Source: a virus (lineage: Duplodnaviria > Caudoviricetes). From it: 41,945 bases of DNA. A program made the translations under genes and the position numbers. This document shows, piece after piece, positions 26,101 to 35,557 of the stretch. The notes under the pieces are model-generated. The model saw only the letters and a program-made list of their open reading frames with translations. It had not been told where the DNA came from and made no database searches. Position 1 is the stretch's first letter. Every line of letters begins with the position of its first letter. The DNA is taken from positions 1 through 41,945 of IMG/VR virus record IMGVR_UViG_3300006129_000012. One strand, given 5' to 3'.

Positions 26101-29100
26101 ATCCATGGGAAATGTTGGGATTTAGTCAACAACCCACATGGTGGATAAGTGAGTATGGTCCTGCTCCGTACACCAAAGGAAATACACATTTATGGACTGA
26201 TCTTAGAGATGGTATGATTAGACAGGGAAACAGAGCTGGTCGAGATTTAAATTGGGCTAGATCTGGATTAATGGATTGTATACCAGTTGATGATCAAGGA
26301 AATTTACTACCTCCTTTATTAGCAGGAACTATAGTAAATCTACCAACAACTGTTGATGCTAAATCTGAGTGGGAATTTGGCGATGGTGCACCGGTAGAAA
26401 ATGCATGGATAAACAGTATTGAATATGAATTTGCTGCTGCATTAACTGGTTATTTAATGAAACCTGCTAGATTTATCGAGCAAGGATGGGATCCATTAAG
26501 AACTGTTAGTGCAGGATCAAATGATACTAAACAATATTTGTATATTGATACAAATAGTCGTCGTAGTAGCAGCAGATTTTATGTTCACAGAGAGAACCCT
26601 TCAAGTATTAATGAAATTTTAAATATTCCAAATGAATCAAATTTAACATTCTTTGGAAGCTGGGGTATCCAACATTGGATAAGTGAGTATTTAATCAGCC
26701 AAAATCTCAGCGTTACCACTTATATGGGCAACTTAATCAGGGGATCGTACGGTGTTTTGGCACACAAAGTTGGTGGGTTTATTAGCACTGACAATAGCTT
26801 AAGAGTTACCGCTGACAGTTTTGGACAACTTGGTTATACAAATCAATTAATACCTAGTGAAAATATACAAGCTTACATATACAGATCAACTAGTTTAGGA
26901 GTATATTTTTATAGCGGAGTTATAGTTTCTAAGATAAACAATGGATGGAAAGTGTATGGATATGATGGTATTACACCGACATTTACTACTATTCCCAGCA
27001 TACAGACCGGTCCAAAAATTAATTTGGTTATAGGTAATCAATCTGTTACAGAATATCAAACAGGACAAGGTACATTAACCGTTCCTTATGGCACCATATT
27101 TGGTACTAGACAGGAAGTTTACGACTTTTTAATATCTTATGGTAGATGGCTAGAAAACAATGGTTGGGTTTTTGATACTGTTAATCAAGACAGTGGTAAC
27201 GTTATAAACTGGAGACAAAGTGCTAAAGATTTTATGTATTGGAGTCAAGGTAATTGGGATAACGGAAACTTTGTAGCACTAAGCCCGGCCGCTAACGGAG
27301 TTAAGTTTCGACAAGATTTTGGTAGCATTCAATACGTAAATGGCACAATAGGAGGCACATATCCTGTTTTAGACAAATTAGGACAGCCAATAGAGACACA
27401 AAATGTAGAAGTTCTTAGACAAGATGGCGAAATATTAGTAAATCCTATTAATAATCAAACTATATTTGGTTTACGACTGTTTATGACATCAGTTGAACAT
27501 ATACTGTTGTTTGACAACGTAACTCAGTTCAATGATCTTATATATGATCCGTTATATAACATATATCAGCCTAGACTTAAAGTATATGGATATAGAACAA
27601 ATGGCTGGACTGGAAGACTAGATGCACCCGGATATTTTCTCTACCAAGATTTGGCTACTAATCAATGGAAGATGGTCAGTAACTTTGAAAAAACAGCAGA
27701 AGATTTTAGATTATTATATAATATAGATCAACCAAAAAATGTACTGAAAATAGATAATACGACAGGCAATGTTATAGATACACCTAGTGTTAATCATGCT
27801 GTTACTAATTCTGATTTATCATCACTTGCTAGTCATCTAATAGGTTATCAATCGAGAGATTATTTACAAAGTTTACTATTAGACAAATCTACAGAATTTG
27901 AATTCTATCAAGGATTTATTAGACAAAAAGGATCTCGTCGGGTACTAAACACCATGTTAAGAAATACCAGTATATTAGGTAACGGCGAAGTTATTAATTA
28001 TTACGAAGAATTTGCGTTTAGAACTGGGCGATATGGTGCTGTAAGTCTTAATTGTAATATTGATTTTATTTTACCGCAGTCAGAGTTTGTTAACAATCCT
28101 CAACGTATTGATGTTTTCAGTTATTATGACAGTACACAACCTAGAGACGGAGTTATTGAAATAACAGCTAGGGACCCAGCAATTGTCGTGCCACCAGAGA
28201 ATTATGAGGGCAAGTTATTCCCTCTGAGAGCATCTGTCGGAAATAATTTTTATGAAGATTTACCTACTGCTGGATATCTTCAGTTAGGTGAAACAACATA
28301 TTATGTTGTAGACCAAACAGCTTTGTTGAATTTTTCATATACACTAATACCCACTAGTACATCTTTGAATGTAGGCGATACAATATGGCAGTTCATAACC
28401 GACAATCTGTCATGGACAGTATGGAAAGTGGCTTCACCGACAAGTTCAGTTATTGGAACTATTACTACTACTGTAGATAATACAACTGTAATCAACTTTA
28501 AAGGGCCACATGGTATTGTAAACGGAGATATTATAGTAACCAGTAATTTTATTAATAACGATACTCTTAATGGTACTTTTACAGCACAAAATGTCACTGT
28601 GGATACTATTACATTACCAGTTAGTACATTCATTTCTGAAAATTCAGGTACTGTTCAAGTGTATCGTAGTATACGATATCATAGCAAGACTGATCTAGAA
28701 TCAGCCGTGATGTTAAATGGGTGGACTGATGGCGACATAGTTTATGTTGATAATGGTGAATCAGAAAATCAATGGACTGTTTATAAACGTCATTTAAATA
28801 AATGGGAACCTATTAGAACTGCACAGTCTAAAGTAAATGCTGATCTTATGTTAGAAAGTAAATTATATAACAAGACGTCGTTATCAGTTGTTGCATATTT
28901 AGAATATTTTGATCCAGCTAAGGGTTTTATACCTGGTACAGCCAATACAGAAATAACATACAAAAATGTTTTTGATCCTGCAAAATATAATAATGGCGAC
29001 ACAGCAATTTATAGTATTGATTCTAACTTATCGTGGGCCGATTCCCACGTTGGCGAAGTGTGGTGGGATTTAAGTACCACACGATATATAGATTACGAGC

Positions 29101-32100
29101 AAGGAAGTACAGATTATAAATCAAAAAATTGGGGTAAATTGGCACCCGGAACTACTATAGATATATATGAGTGGGTAAGAAGTCCTGTCCCCCCTAGTGA
29201 CTGGGCTTCATACGCGACCTCCCAAGCTACTCTTTCTCAGTATGGATTTGGATATACATTGTCCGGGGTGGTTAGAAATGCAGCATCTCCTGCATGGACT
29301 CAGACCACAGAATACGATTCAAACGGTAATAGTAATACTTGGTATTATTTTTGGGTTGGACACAGTGATATGAGACCAACAGTTCCGACTAGATCATTGA
29401 CTACAAATGAAATTACCAATATCATCATAAATCCACTTTCAAATGGTATATCTTGGTATGCAGCGATAAGCGAACGTAGTTTGATAGTATGTAATATTAA
29501 TCAATATTTAAAATCAGACGATACAGTTATTCAACTAATTTATACCAGTAGACCAAATGATGACAATGATTATAAAGAGTGGTCGTTAGTTAGAAGCGGT
29601 GACGGGTCGTCTTTAATTGATGAACAATTTTGGTCTAAACTTAGAGATAGTTTAACTGGGTACGATTTAATGGATAATTGTGTCCCAGACCCTTACCTTA
29701 ATGAATTACAGAGATATGGTACATTAATACGACCTAGACAAAGTTGGTTCATTAATAGACTAGCAGCTTTACGTATTGGCTTAGATTATGTTAACAATGC
29801 ATTACTAAAATCGTTAACTCCCTTGGTAACTGATACTGAAAAATCATCATGGATAACATATTTTAATCAGGGAGAACCTTTACCACCATCTGTGGGAAAT
29901 TGGGATTACAAAGCAAATGATATGTCAAGTCTAAATTTACTATCACATAGAGTACAAAATGGTGCTCGTGTGCTGGTATTACCAACAGTTGGTAATAACA
30001 ACATGTGGACTATATGGACATGGTATGACAGTTTATCACAATTCGTATTAACTAAGCAACAGTCTTATAATGTGCAGAACTATTGGTCATATGTTGATTG
30101 GTATTATACTGGATTTGATTCTAATACCATTCCTACATATACTGTAAACACGTTAAATGATGTTGTGAACATTAATTTAAGTGGTACTCAAACCATAAAA
30201 GTTCTTGACTATGGTTCAACCGGGTGGGCCCTCCTTGGATTAGTAAATGGTATTCAACAGGTAGTTGGATTACAAGATGGTACTATACAAATTAGTGATA
30301 ATTTATGGAATACTTCTGCAAACTTAACTGGATGGGATCAGACTCTATATGATAGTGCACCATTTGATTATAACCCAACCATTGAAATTGGAATTATTTT
30401 TGACGGAATAAGATACGGTATTTTTGGTTCAGCTGACGGTATAGATTTGAATAATTTTTTCTTTACCATGATTAACTATGTGTTTAGTGAACAGAAATAT
30501 GTAGATTGGGTTTTTAAAACTAGTTTCATGGTTTTAAGCGGATCTAATGAACCCTTGACAATGAGTCAATTATACACACCTAGCACAGTTGATACATTAT
30601 TGAATTATATTAATGAGGCAAAGCCGTATAGAAGTAAGGTAAGAGAATTCTTAAGCGGTAGAACAGCTATAGATACTCCTTCGATAGAACTATATGATTT
30701 TGACAAACCTCCTTATCATGGATCAATATTAAATGAGAATGATTCTTATGATGCTAATATAATGGCAAATAATTCTACCTATTCCTCATGGTATAATAAT
30801 TATAAAACAAACCCCAATTTAATTAGAAATTTAAAAACAACATTGGTATTTGATAGAGTAGCAAGCATGCCAACCGCAGCTAGCATTATAAATGCATACA
30901 GTTCTGGAAATACTGTTACATTTACTGTGTCACCGGATTATATAGGTAATACTTTTACACTTGGTGAAATAGTTACAATAAGCAATGTGATTCAACAGGG
31001 TAATACTTTAGTTTCATTTGCATCTACTGATGTTGTGGTTACCTCAGCATCTGGTAATGTAATAGTAGGATATTACAGCGGTAATATAGGGATTGGTAGC
31101 GGAGTAAACGGAAGCGTGTTCCACCAAACATACGGAGCAGCTGATCGCATAATGAAATTGTATAGTCCTTCATTATATTTGCCGCCGATAGATAGTCCAG
31201 ATTTAATTAGCGGCACTGATTTTAAGGGTCAAGTTTATTCGGGAAATAATTTTAATATGACACCCGGTTGGGGATTAGCCCCTTGGGATTTTGCATCTGG
31301 ATGGGATGCAGATGCAACAGCATTTGATAGCTATTTAGAAATTATATTAGAAGGTGGTATGCCACCTGTTTATGATCAATTCTACGGTAATGGTATCACT
31401 AAACAGTTTAGATTGTCTAAAATACCTCAAGACATGCTTCATACAAAAATTTGGAGAGATGGCGTAATATTAACTTACGGAATTGACTATAAAATTCCAA
31501 ACTGGGCAACTGGTGCAGAAGTAGCCGAACCTGGTAATGGATATCAAGTAGGAGAAATATTAGATCTATTAGAAGATATACCAACTTCTGATAGCAGTGA
31601 TATACAAGTTAAAGTAACACAGGTTACGTCATTAGGTGCTATTAAAAAAGTAGAAGTAGTGAACAAAGGATTTTATAATATTGTTCAACACAATCCGTAT
31701 ATTACAGGATACAAGGATTATCAGGTAGGTAACGGATCGGGTGCAATTATACAACCGATCTGGGGAGGCCAAACACTTGCATTTGTTGATCCGCCACTTG
31801 ATAGCAATGTTCCAAATATTTGGGTATTATATGCAGGTACTACGTTTGAACCTGCACCCACTGGAGATTTTGATATAATAACAGACGGTGGTGATTATAT
31901 ACAACCTAATATTGAAGAAAATCATCCAGAAGAGTTATATAAGACCAAATTACGAGATGCAATGGTTTTAGACACTTACACTATACCTGTTGGAGGAAGA
32001 CCAATTGTATCAACAAAATCATATGTAACAGACGGTCGTACAGATCATTATGATCTTGGTCTGAGGCCACAGAGTACATCAGCTGTTTTAGCCTATCTAA

Positions 32101-34730
32101 ATGGTAGTATGTTGTATTATGGACCATTTAATGATTATGTAATAAATTTTGAAACTGGTACATTGGTATTCATTTTACCTCCGGCATCTGGGCAAAATTT
32201 AATTATAACCACTTTTGGTGAAGGTGGGTCAGGTAGTAGCATTTTATCTGTTAATGTAGTGAATAGCGGTGAAAATTATTCTATTAATGATTCAATAGTA
32301 CTAGGTGGCGGCATACCTGCATTATTAGGAGATGGCTCACAAAATGCTGCAAAAGTTACTGTTACAAACATTACTGCTGTTAATGCTCATATAATATCAA
32401 ACGGTCAAAATTATAAAATTGGCGATATTTTAATATTGTCTAACAATGGAATAAAAGATACTGATGCTGTTAGTAAACTAATAATTGTTGTTGATCAAAT
32501 ATCAAAAACCGGTGCTATATTATCAGTCTCTATTCAATCGCCGGGTAATTATACAAACATACCAACTAATATTCAGTGGCAAACATCTAGTAAAGGATCT
32601 GGAGTAGTCATCTTATTGACTTGGGGTGTTCTTGCTGTATCGTTGGTAAATCCGGGGTTATATGTTAAAAAACCATCGGGTAATTTTACACAATCTTATA
32701 TCTATCCACAGGGCGGTTCGGGCGTAGAATTTTCTCCGATATACACTAGCATAGTAGATCGGGAAACATTTGTTGCTGACGGCCAGACAGGTACTTATAC
32801 ACTAAACAACTTTTTAACTGAGATTAATAATGTAATGGTTACTGCAAATGGAAGTATAATACCTTCTAGTAATGTTAAGTTGCAAAATAATACAATTACA
32901 ATAGTACCTCCGCCAATTTACGGATCATTTATAGTAGCTACAGTTTTTAACACAGATCAATATAGTACAGTATTAGATACCGAATTCACAGCAAACGTAG
33001 ATGTTAATGGAAATTTAATTACTACTTATAGTTTACTTAATAATTCATTCAATACTGTACCAGATTATTCAACGGTGATAGTTAGTGTAAATGGTAGTGT
33101 ATTAGCCCCTCCAACTATGGATACTGGTATTAGCAATGGTTATTCGAGAGAATTTAGTATTTCTTATCAACCAGCTGATTTATCATATCTAAATGTTTAC
33201 GTAGATGGTGTATTACAAGTTCTAGGGGTAGACTATAACGTAATAAATCAAAATGTGATATTTACATATGATATTCCAGTTGATTCGGTATTTGTATCAG
33301 TTATTACCGATCCATATTATGGATTTGAATATACATTAAACGGTGCATCAATAACATTTAATGTTATTGATCCCAGTGGATTTGATGAGATGGGATTTGA
33401 TGATTTATATGGTTTTGATAATGATCCTAAAATACTAGAGAATGGTGACCTGGTATCTGTTACCAACTTTAGTCAGGATTTAAGCTATCAATTTTTTACT
33501 GAACAATTTATAGGAAACTCAACTGGCAAATATGAGTTAGCAGGAGAACCAGATTCAGAAAGTACATTACTTGTAATTGTTGATAATGTTGTTCAACGAG
33601 TGTTATGGGATTATGCATTAATTGTTACACCTTTAGAAGGATTTGATACTCAGGGATATGAGTTGGCTCTTTTTGATGAAGGTTCAGAAACCATATATAC
33701 AGTAGTGTTCAATCAAAACATTAAACATACTGATCAGAATACAATTATTATAAGATATATGAAGGGAAAATCAGAACAACCTGCTACAGCTTTTAGACAA
33801 TTTATAAGTTCATCAAATTATAAACAATCTCAGGTATTGTCTGACAACTCTAAAACAATATTGTTAAGTAATATACATGTAAATACAAGCGAAATAGATG
33901 TAGCTGACATTAGTATATTATCTATGCCATCTGCATTAACACCTGGATCAATATGGGTTAATAATGAAAAAATTGATTTCTATGGTATTACTCCTAATCC
34001 GACACTGGGATATCCAAATAGAGGATATCTAACAAATATTGTAAGAGGTTCTGGTGGTACTAGTATAGGATTAACAAGTATATATAATACATTATTTTAT
34101 AACGGCAATGGTACTACAAAATTTTTCTCAACACCCTCATCCAGTTCTCTTCACGGTGAGTCAGTTTTAGTGAATAATAAAATTCAAGCAGGTGGTAATA
34201 TAGAATGGACAGTGTTGGATGGTAATATGAACTTAATTTATGTTAGTCATACTATATTATCTGTAAATTCTATTAGAGTATATATAGAAAGTAATCAAGA
34301 TATATTATTAGGATTGAATTTTGATTACACACTTCAACCAAACAATATAGTTAAATTAAACACTGTATATCCTGCCAATACTGTAATAAGAGTTGAGTTA
34401 GATTCAAATATAGGTATTAGAAGTAATTACTACATTGGAATTAATCCTCCTACTACAGTTTTAAATGGAACATTTACACCAGGAAGATATGTTGTGTTTG
34501 ATAATTTAAGCATACCATCGGTTGGATTTAACAACATTCTTATAAGTGATTTAGTTTCAAACTTCTCAACAACAACTGTTTGTCATATTTCAGGAAGCAT
34601 GATTAGAGATGCAGGACACAATGTGATAATACCTGGTGGTTATAATTGGGAAGCTGCAACAAATGGGTTACAATATAGTAATAGTAGTATGAGTAAATTC
34701 ATATTAAATCACCCAGGAACAGTTAGCTAA
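23139..34730 (+). CDS. Giant virion structural protein (3863 aa; gp7-like position in the baseplate wedge cluster)
   Basis: Single uninterrupted ORF overlapping the gp6 stop; YINEAKPYRSKVR motif; many beta-rich modules (GNG...F, NSGENY/SNGQNY types). Confidence 0.75.
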   Translation: MANLTAIGPQPLKPATSNLLVTSNTVVPKRSTIDLLPDVNQTQTLAKFFNATVDHLLQPENVEFINGYIGSKPPYYNSNKDFYVTEYDQERLNYQLPVTAVSIDQSSGSINNVMFYDDIINQLGLQGANVSNPSRLLDGDYYSWSPPIDIDKFVNYYEYYWVPDGPDMIQLLDTTDLVNLAIGAVTYTYTGRYYLTSTDTTVTGSLVFTSGMRIQVIDDIDYTLNNRTLIIEGVGRSIKIKDDIIYQKPSWDTVSWDTRGWSGDDSVIVPDYMTIGRLSTNINRWSWNNRWFHKDVLALAGTIVQEGIAVNASRPIIEFNANIDLYNFGSFGRPDVDLVDTTRINIFETLVGSASGTVDDTTLIDGMRILVTADLNPQVNNRIYEVGGIVEYGLITLTLVSDGQNTDGSPAIGDCAYVTFGVYNSGNTYWYNGTNYVVGQAKVKYQPPLFAGYDKDGINLIDPAVYPGSNFTGTTIFTYAIDITAQVDSILGLQIKRDQFGDYVFDNSLTTRSYSYIENSQLTDFNGYIWYRDSYIGNGWYNSGNPSKQYIINSFDITTPTTTFLIDQIPADYSTGSLPPVMVYLIQNGNSYLLFEEVNYTVSGRIITLTTPAAVSSRIEIRSWSANLPSGNNGYYQLPINLVANPNNNQPTNVSFNETIKHFTGIISNQYNEQSNGVGNTNWRDSTQNRGLGLEILQHRSPLLKLMMLNSNNINTGMLSSTSLTDPSLAIQFAQREYNKFYNRFIRTLFKLYSTSGYDKSITPQQWIDAALSQVNLGKSKISAWAYSGYEQNEDFSTTTAKPTFVPPTATKLGVAPAYKPVAYLDSDYYPPKLTLQTHDGARIILEDLEGLQLGTISNNATKTSNPTLLTNPVASAWLQFELDLYNAIPSMYSDIDAVPAFDVRIYTPGKWRTTDYTRKEYLNILRPSFSKWIIHAQVDYMANTGYSPNNQFSFNYSNCVDKQGNYVPGHWRGIYRYFYDTDRPHTNPWEMLGFSQQPTWWISEYGPAPYTKGNTHLWTDLRDGMIRQGNRAGRDLNWARSGLMDCIPVDDQGNLLPPLLAGTIVNLPTTVDAKSEWEFGDGAPVENAWINSIEYEFAAALTGYLMKPARFIEQGWDPLRTVSAGSNDTKQYLYIDTNSRRSSSRFYVHRENPSSINEILNIPNESNLTFFGSWGIQHWISEYLISQNLSVTTYMGNLIRGSYGVLAHKVGGFISTDNSLRVTADSFGQLGYTNQLIPSENIQAYIYRSTSLGVYFYSGVIVSKINNGWKVYGYDGITPTFTTIPSIQTGPKINLVIGNQSVTEYQTGQGTLTVPYGTIFGTRQEVYDFLISYGRWLENNGWVFDTVNQDSGNVINWRQSAKDFMYWSQGNWDNGNFVALSPAANGVKFRQDFGSIQYVNGTIGGTYPVLDKLGQPIETQNVEVLRQDGEILVNPINNQTIFGLRLFMTSVEHILLFDNVTQFNDLIYDPLYNIYQPRLKVYGYRTNGWTGRLDAPGYFLYQDLATNQWKMVSNFEKTAEDFRLLYNIDQPKNVLKIDNTTGNVIDTPSVNHAVTNSDLSSLASHLIGYQSRDYLQSLLLDKSTEFEFYQGFIRQKGSRRVLNTMLRNTSILGNGEVINYYEEFAFRTGRYGAVSLNCNIDFILPQSEFVNNPQRIDVFSYYDSTQPRDGVIEITARDPAIVVPPENYEGKLFPLRASVGNNFYEDLPTAGYLQLGETTYYVVDQTALLNFSYTLIPTSTSLNVGDTIWQFITDNLSWTVWKVASPTSSVIGTITTTVDNTTVINFKGPHGIVNGDIIVTSNFINNDTLNGTFTAQNVTVDTITLPVSTFISENSGTVQVYRSIRYHSKTDLESAVMLNGWTDGDIVYVDNGESENQWTVYKRHLNKWEPIRTAQSKVNADLMLESKLYNKTSLSVVAYLEYFDPAKGFIPGTANTEITYKNVFDPAKYNNGDTAIYSIDSNLSWADSHVGEVWWDLSTTRYIDYEQGSTDYKSKNWGKLAPGTTIDIYEWVRSPVPPSDWASYATSQATLSQYGFGYTLSGVVRNAASPAWTQTTEYDSNGNSNTWYYFWVGHSDMRPTVPTRSLTTNEITNIIINPLSNGISWYAAISERSLIVCNINQYLKSDDTVIQLIYTSRPNDDNDYKEWSLVRSGDGSSLIDEQFWSKLRDSLTGYDLMDNCVPDPYLNELQRYGTLIRPRQSWFINRLAALRIGLDYVNNALLKSLTPLVTDTEKSSWITYFNQGEPLPPSVGNWDYKANDMSSLNLLSHRVQNGARVLVLPTVGNNNMWTIWTWYDSLSQFVLTKQQSYNVQNYWSYVDWYYTGFDSNTIPTYTVNTLNDVVNINLSGTQTIKVLDYGSTGWALLGLVNGIQQVVGLQDGTIQISDNLWNTSANLTGWDQTLYDSAPFDYNPTIEIGIIFDGIRYGIFGSADGIDLNNFFFTMINYVFSEQKYVDWVFKTSFMVLSGSNEPLTMSQLYTPSTVDTLLNYINEAKPYRSKVREFLSGRTAIDTPSIELYDFDKPPYHGSILNENDSYDANIMANNSTYSSWYNNYKTNPNLIRNLKTTLVFDRVASMPTAASIINAYSSGNTVTFTVSPDYIGNTFTLGEIVTISNVIQQGNTLVSFASTDVVVTSASGNVIVGYYSGNIGIGSGVNGSVFHQTYGAADRIMKLYSPSLYLPPIDSPDLISGTDFKGQVYSGNNFNMTPGWGLAPWDFASGWDADATAFDSYLEIILEGGMPPVYDQFYGNGITKQFRLSKIPQDMLHTKIWRDGVILTYGIDYKIPNWATGAEVAEPGNGYQVGEILDLLEDIPTSDSSDIQVKVTQVTSLGAIKKVEVVNKGFYNIVQHNPYITGYKDYQVGNGSGAIIQPIWGGQTLAFVDPPLDSNVPNIWVLYAGTTFEPAPTGDFDIITDGGDYIQPNIEENHPEELYKTKLRDAMVLDTYTIPVGGRPIVSTKSYVTDGRTDHYDLGLRPQSTSAVLAYLNGSMLYYGPFNDYVINFETGTLVFILPPASGQNLIITTFGEGGSGSSILSVNVVNSGENYSINDSIVLGGGIPALLGDGSQNAAKVTVTNITAVNAHIISNGQNYKIGDILILSNNGIKDTDAVSKLIIVVDQISKTGAILSVSIQSPGNYTNIPTNIQWQTSSKGSGVVILLTWGVLAVSLVNPGLYVKKPSGNFTQSYIYPQGGSGVEFSPIYTSIVDRETFVADGQTGTYTLNNFLTEINNVMVTANGSIIPSSNVKLQNNTITIVPPPIYGSFIVATVFNTDQYSTVLDTEFTANVDVNGNLITTYSLLNNSFNTVPDYSTVIVSVNGSVLAPPTMDTGISNGYSREFSISYQPADLSYLNVYVDGVLQVLGVDYNVINQNVIFTYDIPVDSVFVSVITDPYYGFEYTLNGASITFNVIDPSGFDEMGFDDLYGFDNDPKILENGDLVSVTNFSQDLSYQFFTEQFIGNSTGKYELAGEPDSESTLLVIVDNVVQRVLWDYALIVTPLEGFDTQGYELALFDEGSETIYTVVFNQNIKHTDQNTIIIRYMKGKSEQPATAFRQFISSSNYKQSQVLSDNSKTILLSNIHVNTSEIDVADISILSMPSALTPGSIWVNNEKIDFYGITPNPTLGYPNRGYLTNIVRGSGGTSIGLTSIYNTLFYNGNGTTKFFSTPSSSSLHGESVLVNNKIQAGGNIEWTVLDGNMNLIYVSHTILSVNSIRVYIESNQDILLGLNFDYTLQPNNIVKLNTVYPANTVIRVELDSNIGIRSNYYIGINPPTTVLNGTFTPGRYVVFDNLSIPSVGFNNILISDLVSNFSTTTVCHISGSMIRDAGHNVIIPGGYNWEAATNGLQYSNSSMSKFILNHPGTVS

Positions 34731-34737
34731 ATACACC

Positions 34738-34884
34738 ATGAACACTGACGTAAATAATAAAGATTTAGTTGTTAATCCTGTAAACAACAGCGATATTGAT
34801 GAAAATATGAGCTTATTCATATACGGTAATATCAAAATCAAAGATGTAGATACGGGAGAAATACTAGTAAATCAACGATTTTAA
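34738..34884 (+). CDS. Small 48-aa protein similar to the N-terminus of the next gene (below the ORF-track cutoff)
   Basis: MNTDVNNKDLVVNPVNNSDIDENMSLFIYGNIKIKDVDTGEILVNQRF; fills the intergenic gap; CTAAATA just upstream. Confidence 0.7.
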   Translation: MNTDVNNKDLVVNPVNNSDIDENMSLFIYGNIKIKDVDTGEILVNQRF

Positions 34885-34898
34885 GCGAGACCTATGAT

Positions 34899-35489
34899 AT
34901 GATTTTCAAAACTACTCAACATGTAACTGGACACGTTAAAATATCAGATGTAAAAACTGGCGAAGTGTTAGTTGATAAGGACAACGCTATCAATTTTGAA
35001 AATTTTTCTATAGCTCTTGCACAAACTATAGCAAATAAACCAGATACTTGGATACAAGAAATGGCATTTGGTAACGGCGGAGCTACGGTTAGTGGAACTG
35101 GTACTATTACATATTTACCACCTAATGTATTAGGACAAACAGCGCAACTATATAATGAAACTTATGTAAAAGTTGTTAATGATCAAAGTCCGTTGAATCT
35201 TGATCCAAAAAGTAATTATATAAATGTATCACATAGTCTTGGTACTACATATACGGATGTAATAGTTACTTGTAATTTAGGTCTTGGTGAACCAGCTGGA
35301 CAATCTGCATTTGACACGTCTACAAATATCACTGATACTTATGTTTTCAGTGAGCTAGGTTTAAAAGCATATAGTGCATCTGGCCCAGATACTGGAATAT
35401 TACTTACACATGTAATATTCAGTCCTGTGCAAAAATCATTAAATCGTCAAATTGAAGTGGTATACACTATAAGAATTCAAACAGTTTAA
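34899..35489 (+). CDS. Putative baseplate / tail-fibre attachment protein
   Basis: GHVKISDVKTGEVL, MAFGNGG, FSELGL, LLTHVIFSPVQKSLNRQIEVVYTIRI; lies between baseplate and fibre genes. Confidence 0.6.
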   Translation: MIFKTTQHVTGHVKISDVKTGEVLVDKDNAINFENFSIALAQTIANKPDTWIQEMAFGNGGATVSGTGTITYLPPNVLGQTAQLYNETYVKVVNDQSPLNLDPKSNYINVSHSLGTTYTDVIVTCNLGLGEPAGQSAFDTSTNITDTYVFSELGLKAYSASGPDTGILLTHVIFSPVQKSLNRQIEVVYTIRIQTV

Positions 35490-35502
35490 ATTTGTTAATT
35501 AT

Positions 35503-35527
35503 CATGGTGTATTTCCACGTATAAATA
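35503..35527 (+). promoter_or_regulatory. Late promoter of the first fibre gene
   Basis: Exact TATAAATA at 35520-35527 with CATGGTGTA upstream. Confidence 0.75.
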
Positions 35528-35557
35528 ACTGCACATTTATCCGAAGGTATTAACAAC

